From the NCBI GenBank assembly GCA_951406725.2, contig OX597819.1, positions 21,266,001 through 21,330,000 on the forward strand: a stretch of 64,000 nucleotides of DNA. Direction: 5' to 3'. The position numbers and the translations under genes were made by a program. The notes under the pieces were generated by a model, which saw only the letters and a program-made list of their open reading frames with translations, had not been told where the DNA came from and did not search any database. Origin of the DNA: Octopus vulgaris (Eukaryota). Of this stretch, positions 55,901 to 64,000 are shown in pieces (position 1 is the first letter of the stretch; each line of letters opens with the position of its first letter).

Positions 55901-56521
55901 TAAGAAGATAAAACACTCACAGTGAGGATAAATGGGAAAATGAACAAAAAAATATCCCAAGAACCACAACATGCTACAAACAGCCAAACGCCTTCTACCA
56001 ATTCCACACCATCCCCATGTCTCCGACAAATAATCAAGGAACAAGAAATAATCAAACAGCCCAAGGCAACCACCAAATCTTAGGAAATTTCTAGCCAAAG
56101 CAAGATTTGCATCAGAGGAAGAAACGATGAAATTTACAAAATGTGAAGACCCCCGGTGTGGGACATGTGATTTAATAGAACAGGGACAAGCCAAAAAATT
56201 CAAGAATGGAAATGAATTAAAGGTGAATGCAAAAGCAAAAACTTGATATATTGTATCACATGCCCACGATGCAACGAAGATCATATTGGGGGAACAAAAA
56301 CGAAACTAACCAACCGTGTAAATGTGCACAGACATCAAATAAAATACCCCGCACTTAGATACATACCATATAGCGATCATTTGGACACCTGTGCACAAGG
56401 AAAATTTACAATGTTCCCTCTTCATAATATAAATGAAGAGAACGACCTTCTCCGGGAACCAAAAGAAGAATATTTCATAAGATTTCTGGGTCCGAAAATA
56501 AACCGAAAACAATTTTACTGA
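55900..56521 (+). mobile_element. Penelope-like element, Neptune-type Cys linker plus GIY-YIG endonuclease remnant
   Basis: RQPPNLRKFL..KCEDPRCGTC..LIYCITCPRCNEDHIGGTKTKLTNRVNVHR..HLDTC..EEYFIRFLGPKIN. Confidence 0.9.
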
Positions 56522-56993
56522 AAACAACTTTAACTATATGTAATAACACGTGATTAAAAACTTTAAGAACTGAATGCGGTAGCACATCTATAAAGGCAAA
56601 GCCTAAACACATTTTGTAAAACCTCTTCCCCAAAGATTATCAGATAATCCATAAGATTATCAGATAATTGAACCTTGTTAGACCATCACTATTTCTTTCT
56701 CAATGTCACACACGAAGAAATAAAAAAAAATTTCCACTGTATTACGACCAGGAACACGAAAACTGCGTAAGTACGTAGAACCAAATTTTCAGTGCCTCTG
56801 AATAAATAGTAGCAGAATTCTCTGAGTACCACTCGATGATGATTCTGTTGCAAAAGCAAAATACAAATTCGACGCATTGAAGAATTAAACAACATAAACT
56901 ATAAAACACAAATAGAAGCTGTCAGCATTACATACACATGTAATTGTATATGTGCGCATGTGTGTGTATGCATATATACACACACACACTCAA

Positions 56994-57025
<32 letters not shown>

Positions 57026-57200
57026 CCATTCTTTTACATACACACATGCTTTTATTCATACACAGACATGTAGGAAGTAAATAGACACATTTAATTTTCA
57101 AAATTTCTGATTTAAGTGTTTTCAGTGGTGGAGAATTTATAATGTAATTATTCCTTATTATTCCAGGTGCCATTATATTAAATATTTGCGAATAGTGACA

Positions 57201-57445
57201 ATGCCACGCACAAAAAATTCAGCAGAACTCTCATATTTTCAAAGAGGTCGTATTGATAGACAATCTGAGGCTGGGCATAGCCAGCGAAAAATTGCCGAAA
57301 ATCTTCAAATTCCTCTTGCTACTGTTAATAGAGTTATGGTGCAATTCAAAATCCAAAGAAAAGAATCAACAGATTCTCGTCTCGGCCGACCTGGGTCTTC
57401 GGAAAGGAAGCTTCGCTGTTTGAAGAGGATTGTGGAAAACGAACA
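57201..57445 (+). mobile_element. Tc1-like transposase N-terminal HTH remnant
   Basis: [44 protein letters not shown]. Confidence 0.85.
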
Positions 57446-57649
57446 TACAAAAATGTGTAAGACCAGTCATGTGATTATCCTCCACCAATCAAATCCTATT
57501 CAAAACATAGTAATATGAGCCATGAACTCCCTATAAAAATAGAGCAAACTTCAGAAACCAGTCAGAAGTGAGAACTGCGAGATAAGCCACGACAAATATT
57601 TTAATATAAAATATTTTAACTATCCTCCGTGAATTTTCAACTTCTATTT

Positions 57650-57709
<60 letters not shown>

Positions 57710-57710
<1 letters not shown>

Positions 57711-58185
57711 CTGTATATGTTTTATGTGCTACTATTAGTTTCATACGATGAAAGCATGCCAGCCAGTATATTTTAACATGTCTGGTGTCTCATCGCAATC
57801 TTCTAGCACTGGTCACACGGCATAACAAGCTACCACCAAGGCTAAAAGATAGGAAAAAAGCGAGAAAAGTTGAAAAAGTAGTAGATATGAAAGGTGGTAA
57901 GATGTCAAACCGGGAAATGCTTTTTGTTTCATTGTATGGTCCTATTTTTGGCCAAGTAACAACATGCGTGTTTTTCTCAGAACTATCAGCTCCTCCTTCC
58001 TGTTCCTCTATTCTAAAGGTTTTCTTTATCTGACGAAAAGCCATGCTCAGAATGGCATCCTATCTCCTATTTTAGCTGATATGACATGTGGACAGTACCT
58101 GAAGATTGTGCTTAGCAGACATGTTAAAAACTTTATCATGATTTAATCGCATGAAACTAATTGTAGTAGTTAAAAACATATATTG
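57710..58185. repeat. Degenerate fold-back element with ~130-140-bp imperfect inverted arms
   Basis: tatatgtttt..ctactattagtttcatacgat..ttttaacatgtctg..caatcttc..agcta vs tagct..gaagattg..cagacatgttaaaa..atcgcatgaaactaattgtag..aaaacatata. Confidence 0.75.
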
Positions 58186-58261
58186 CGTTTATTAAGTAAA
58201 ATTTATCTCCCACAAGATGGAATATTTTCGTTTACCGCACCATCACGGAACAGTACGCTAC

Positions 58262-58317
<56 letters not shown>

Positions 58318-58323
<6 letters not shown>

Positions 58324-58718
58324 AAGTAAATAAATGGTACAACGAGGCACCGATATTTACTGGAAAATAGCAATCGTAATAAATACGACGCTATAGTATA
58401 GCTTCACTGCGTATATACTAGCAAAGACGCGTGTGTGCAACAAACATGGCAAAAAAATTGTCTTACCTCTAGGAACAACATCTGAAAAATGGAAAACCTA
58501 GAAACGGATAATGCAGTACCGGTTTCAGACTCTTCAAATACGTTTGACAACGTAGATTTGATTTGTCTTCATCAGCTGCATATACCTGGACAAAATTCCA
58601 TATGTTGCCACATCTATGCCAATACACTCGTCTGAACACCAAAACGTTAACAGTAATTACGATTGCTATCTTCCAGTATATATCGGTGCCTCGTTGTACC
58701 ATTTATTTACTTTTATAT
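58318..58718 (-). mobile_element. ~400-bp non-coding element with 63-bp inverted termini carrying a hammerhead ribozyme (PLE pseudo-LTR-like or retrozyme-like)
   Basis: 58318-58380 and 58656-58718 are reverse complements with 2 mismatches; abuts (TA)n. Confidence 0.8.
58511..58581 (-). ncRNA. Minimal type I hammerhead ribozyme, structurally complete
   Basis: Minus strand: AUGCAG-CUGAUGA-AGAC[..CAAA..UACGUU guca AACGUA UUUG..]GUCU-GAAA-CCGGUA^-CUGCAU; 6-bp stem I, extended stem II, palindromic ACCGGU stem III, GUA triplet. Confidence 0.88.
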
Positions 58719-58790
58719 TTATAATTTTACCCTTACGGGCTATCTTTTACTGGTAAGCAATAATTTCGTATTGCATTATTATTTTCATAA

Positions 58791-58914
<124 letters not shown>

Positions 58915-58929
58915 AGTGCGTGTGTATAG

Positions 58930-59100
58930 TTCAGAAAAGGAAGACGAATACAAGTGAAGAAAAAGCAGGTGTATTAGTTTGACGCTCAGGAAAGAACGGA
59001 AAAGTCTTTGACGTTTCGAGCATACGTTCTTTGATAGAAAGGATTTAGAGTAAAAAGGAGAAAGTGTGTAGGGATTTACGGTACAACCTACACACATACC
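58930..59100 (-). repeat. Repeat family H with degenerate hammerhead core
   Basis: gacgctcaggaaag..gacgtttcgagcatacgttctttgatagaaa; retains GAAA-CGUCA...UGAGCGUC but the CUGAUGA box is lost. Confidence 0.72.
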
Positions 59101-59107
59101 CAACTAC

Positions 59108-59158
<51 letters not shown>

Positions 59159-60545
59159 CAGGACGTCACTAACAGTAAACAACATGAAATACGAAATCAA
59201 ATGAGTTAAATACGCAAACAACGAGACAAACAAATGGAAAACAGGACAAGTAACATAAAGAACAGCCCTTTCCTTAGTTCTCGGCTGTCTATCTACTCCC
59301 TCCTCGTTTCCATCATTAGTATATAATGCGCATAGGATCGCAGGTGAAATACTTTTGCATAGTCACTATGAAGGACGGTTTTTATTACTACGTAACAATA
59401 TGTATACGCACACAGATACATATACAGAGGTAGGTAGTTATGTATATATATGTGTGTATGTATGCACATATGCGTGTGTATACGAGTGTGTGTGTGTGCC
59501 TGTGTGTACCTGTGCGTGTGTGTATGTGTGTGTATGCTGTGGTAAAAACCTAATTCTAGATATAGGGTGGTAAAACGCCCATAATATTTCCCTACCAGAT
59601 ATTAGTATATAATGCGCATAGGATCGCAAGTGAAACACATTTGGATAGTCAATATAAAGGAGTGTTTTTATAACAATTTAAAACGCAATATACATACATC
59701 GTGTACCATAAAACCGAAGCAAAATATCTCAATTAAACTGTAAATGCACCTGAGTCTTATGAATCTTGAAGAAACGGCATTCAAAGTAATAAACTCATGG
59801 CAAACAGATCTGTTGCAATCAATTCTTAAATCTTTGTTGTGTGGAAACGATCTACGAAGACCGGGGCATAGTAACTTTAAATGTTATAGCTAGAATGAAA
59901 TAAAATTGTGTAGTATATTACGTTGTGAGATAAATTCTTTCTTCTTTTTTTTTTATCTTATAAATGATCTATATTATTCGGTTACAGTTTTTTTTTTTTT
60001 TTTTTTATTTTAATGAATATGAAAAATATTTTTCGTGATGTTTTGTGAGGTTTTGATTTCGGTATTTTCTTCCTCTACAAATTTTCGTCATCGCTTTTGA
60101 AATTTCGATAAATCGCACTTCTTTTCAGACATGTGACGACTAAGTACAATTACTTAATGGTGGTCCTTTATGTTTGGAAAACTTATTACTTTAGTCTATA
60201 AAAAAAAACGATCGTATTTGTTATTACAAATCTGTAGCGCTTCACTAAAGTATTGATAAATACTTTAAAGTTACATGCAAGTCTTTTGGAGGCATAGGTT
60301 CTATAGGTTTGTAAAGTATTGCTAGTAGAGCATTGGAATAAGAGCAAGAATTTGGCAAAAGGATGTTTCAACTTTGCAGAATAAAATACACAAAAGTTAA
60401 CAAAATTAGAGTATGATTAAACTTATAATTACAGGCGTAACAAATTCTTAGAATAAAATGATAGTCATTAAGTGATAAGCCAATGCAGCAAGAGATTTCA
60501 TTGTTAATACTTTAAATTGAAAATCAACGAAAAGAATGATTAGAT

Positions 60546-60952
60546 AGGCGCATGAGTGGCTGTGTGGTAAGTAGCTTGCTTACCAACCACATGGTTCCGG
60601 GTTCAGTCCCACTGCGTGGCACCTTGGGCAAGTGTTTTCTAATATAGCTTCGGGCCGACCAAAGCCTTGTGAGTGGATTTGTTAGACGGAAACTGAAAGA
60701 AGCCTGTCGTATATATGTATATATATATGTGTGTATGTGTTTGTGTGTATCTGTTTGCCCCCCCAACATCGCTTGACAACCGATGCTGGTGTGTTTACGT
60801 CCCCGTAACTTAGCAGTTCGGCAAAAGAGACCGATAGAATAAGTACTAGGCTTACAAAGAATAAGTCCTGGGGTCGATTTGCTCGACTAAAGGCGGTGCC
60901 CCAGCATGGCCGCAGTCATGAAACAAGTAAAAGAGTAAAGAGTAAAAGAGAG
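60546..60952 (+). mobile_element. SINE family A, full length
   Basis: aggcgcatgagtggctgtgtggtaag...gaaacaagtaaaagagtaaagagtaaaagag. Confidence 0.93.
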
Positions 60953-61414
60953 TATACATAAAAGGAAATGAAGAGGATTATGTTTGAATAAATGTAGTTG
61001 GGAAGCATTCAGTGGATTAATAAACAATGTGAGAAAGAAAAGAGACTCATAGATGAATATAGATTGTATAGAACAATGTATATTTTATAGACGCTGATAA
61101 ACATAAAGAATATTGAATGCTTAAGAGGAAACACAAACAAGTCTGTTTTCCAATTCTCTACTTTGTCTACCATTATGGTGATATTGACTATGGAAAGTCA
61201 AAAACTTGTGATGTAATGTATAGTGCAGTGACTGGATGGAAGTACATGAACGCCATTACTTCTCATACACTATTTTATTGAACTTATAAGGATGAAAGTC
61301 AATGACAAATACGAGGATATTTGAACTACGTGTAAAGGGGAGTAACTATAGCCATACTGACCGCCGCTTGATTTTTTTTTTCAATTCTGAACACCATAAT
61401 GTGCTTTTCTCGAA

Positions 61415-61650
61415 ATTCTTATCACGAAAGCCATCTTGGAAGAATTCAAGAGTAACAGAAAGAATTTCTTCATGGCATGGGTCGATAACAAAAGAGATTT
61501 TGAAAGTGTTAGCCATGCCTGGATTTTAAAGAACCTCGAAATTTATGCGATTTATCCAACTCTTATTTACTTCATCACGACCAAAATGAAGTCATGAGAA
61601 TAGACCACCCTTCTCCACTCTCCTCCATGGAAACGACACACTGCCATCAA
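61415..61650 (+). mobile_element. R4/Dong-like RT fragment
   Basis: AILEEFKSNRKNFFMAWVDNKRDFESVSHAWILKNLEIY (cf. AWIDYKKAFDSVPHSWI). Confidence 0.75.
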
Positions 61651-62414
61651 GGCACATACTATTGGAAACAGGTGTAAGCCAAATTTGACAAATAAAGGAA
61701 AAATGTGCAATGACCATTATTTACACCTTGTCTTACATTCTGTGTAAAAACCAATTTGTCTGATGCACAACCAGAGATTTACAAATTAGAATCGTGATGA
61801 ACCACCACCAGGCACCCAATCATGAGAATACCTGGAGTTCTTCACTAATTTAAATAATATTGTTATTCTGTTGTGCCAACAGAGAGCTTATGAAGTATTT
61901 TCCCGGATTGATAATCCCTTACTAAAACCTACATGAGAAAAGAGTAAGCGATTATCTTCTGATCTTCATAAGCTCACAGCTGTTTCTACAATACGTTGTA
62001 GTGAACTCATAGTAAAATGCCTGAGTAACACCTTATAACTTCATCGAAGCCTCAAATATGAGGTGCATATGTGTGCGTATGCGGACACAGACACGCACAC
62101 ACACACACATATATATGTATACATGTATTTGCGCATAGCTGCATGTGTGTGTATATATGTATGACTGTTTTGTATGATTGTGTTTGTTCTTAAGTTTCTT
62201 TGCGCAAAGGAGACTTATCTTTGCAATTTGATTGCAAGAGATCGATTAACTGAATTTCTCACACATAGATATTCACTGAGATCGATAAAATTGACTGAAA
62301 TCCTTTTTAAGAAAATGCTCCAGCATCGACGCAGGTGATTTGACTGTAACCTGAAAAATAACTATATACTTATGTATATACATAAATATGCATATATACA
62401 TATAGATGTATACG

Positions 62415-62471
<57 letters not shown>

Positions 62472-62558
62472 GTGGGTATGTATGTATATGTATATATATG
62501 TGTGTATCTTTAAACATATATATGTATATATATATGTGTATATATATATGTGTATATA

Positions 62559-62589
<31 letters not shown>

Positions 62590-62614
62590 GTATGCATAAA
62601 TATATATATATATG

Positions 62615-62820
62615 CTCTTTTACTCTTTTACTTGTTTCAGTCATTTGACTGTATGCTGGAGCACCGACTTTAGTCGAGCAAATCGACCCCGAACTTGTTC
62701 TTTGTAAGCCCAGTACTTATTCTATCGGTCCCTTTTGCCGAACCGCTAAGTGACGGGGACGTAAACACACCAGCATCGGTTGTCAAGCAATGCTAGGATG
62801 ACAAACACATACACACACAT
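62615..62820 (-). mobile_element. SINE family A 3' half (partner of 63592-63752)
   Basis: ctcttttactcttttacttgtttcagtcatttgact...caccagcatcggttgtcaagcaatgc. Confidence 0.88.
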
Positions 62821-62825
62821 ACATA

Positions 62826-62869
<44 letters not shown>

Positions 62870-62871
<2 letters not shown>

Positions 62872-63480
62872 TCTCTTCGCCGCGTGTCCCCCTCCTCCTT
62901 CCCTCTTCCTTGCCTATAAAACAAAATTCCTTAACACGTGGTTCCCACTTTTGAAAAGACTGCCTCCACGCGCTGCTACTACACTTTCGTCCTTGCCAGC
63001 AAAAGGCCTCTTCGTTCGTCCCCTTGTGTGGTTGATTTCCTGTATAGTATTCTTGTTATTTTCTCGTTTTGTAACTAATTGTACTTTTTGTACATGTTTT
63101 TTTATTTTTGCAGTTTTATCGTTTGTCTATGCCAGAAAAAAGGCTTTTTCGTTCGTCCTCTTGTGTTTGTTTTTGTACATGTATTTTAATTTTGCAGTCT
63201 TATTGTTACGTCTTGTTTGTGTTCGTACTTATTTTGCCCCGCTGCTTAGAATTTTATTTTAATTCTCTCGCAGGAAGGCCTATTGGATTAGTGTTCTGTT
63301 ATGCCTTCGAAACATGCCTGACTCCTCTAGCGACAGCTGATGACGGGGGTTTTGTCCTTGTGTAGCTCGTCCTGTATTTGTTTTTCGTTTTCATGTGTTT
63401 CGTTTTCCGTTTTCTTGTTTTTTGGCTTTTTCCGTTTCTAAGTCTTTTTGTGATGTCCTGTACTCCCGTATAATTATTTA
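62870..63480. repeat. T-rich interspersed repeat nested in the SINE microsatellite; related to 59155-59310 on the opposite strand
   Basis: gtcctgtatttgtttttcgttttcatg..tgatgtcctgta resembles the reverse complement of tacaggacgtca..aacaggacaag; internal duplication gccag..aaaggc..ttcgttcgtcc. Confidence 0.55.
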
Positions 63481-63591
63481 TATATGCATGTATATATACA
63501 TGTAGATGTAGGTACGTACATATATGTTTGTATGTATGCATATATTTTTATTATCTCCTGTATATATATATATATATATATACATATATAA

Positions 63592-63752
63592 ACAGGCTTC
63601 TTTCAGTTTCCGTCTACCAAATCCATTCACAAGGCATTGGTCGGCCCGGGTTTATAGCAGAAGAGACTTGCTCAAGGTGTCACGCAGTGGGACTGAACCC
63701 GGAACCTTGTGGTTGGTAAACAAGCTACTTACCACACAGCAACTCCTGCGCC
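63592..63752 (-). mobile_element. SINE family A 5' half (tRNA-like head)
   Basis: acaggcttctttcagtttccgtctacc...cttaccacacagcaactcctgcgcct. Confidence 0.9.
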
Positions 63753-63779
63753 TATATATATATGTATATATACATATAT

Positions 63780-64000
63780 GTGGAGGCGCAATGGCCCAGT
63801 GGTTAGGGCAGCGGACTCGCGGTCATAGGATCGCGGCTTCGATTCCCAGACCGGGCGTTGTGAGTATTTATTGAGCGAAAAACACCTATAATCTCCATGA
63901 GGCTCCGGCAGGGGGTGGTGATCCCTGCTGTACTCTTTCACCACTCTTTCTCTCTTTCTTCTGTTTGCCGGTTCGCTTAGCCAGGGGTGGCGTCATTTGA
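63780..64000 (+). mobile_element. SINE family C, 5' part running to the window edge
   Basis: gtggaggcgcaatggcccagtggttagggcagcggactcgcggtcataggatcgcgg; matches 34256-34643. Confidence 0.9.

Overview
AT-rich, repeat-dense eukaryotic DNA, most likely intergenic or intronic. The microsatellite load and SINE families resemble octopus (coleoid cephalopod) genomes; this is an inference. I see no convincing host protein-coding exon, rRNA or true tRNA gene, and most ORFs in the supplied track are translations of (TA)n, (CA)n, (TTA)n or (CTA)n microsatellites. Real content: at least four SINE families; decayed non-LTR retrotransposons (CR1-group, RTE-group and R4/Dong-like REL type); three Penelope-like element (PLE) remnants, one with a 391-codon RT + GIY-YIG frame; and Tc1/mariner remnants. 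Highlights: (i) a structurally complete minimal hammerhead ribozyme (58511-58581, minus strand) inside a ~400-bp non-coding element with 63-bp inverted termini, plus several more or less decayed hammerhead motifs in other short repeats; (ii) recurrent fold-back structures, including a near-perfect 865-bp palindrome; (iii) a 5'-inverted CR1-group LINE whose junction appears filled by a captured PLE endonuclease fragment. Coordinates were read by eye and may be off by a few bases.
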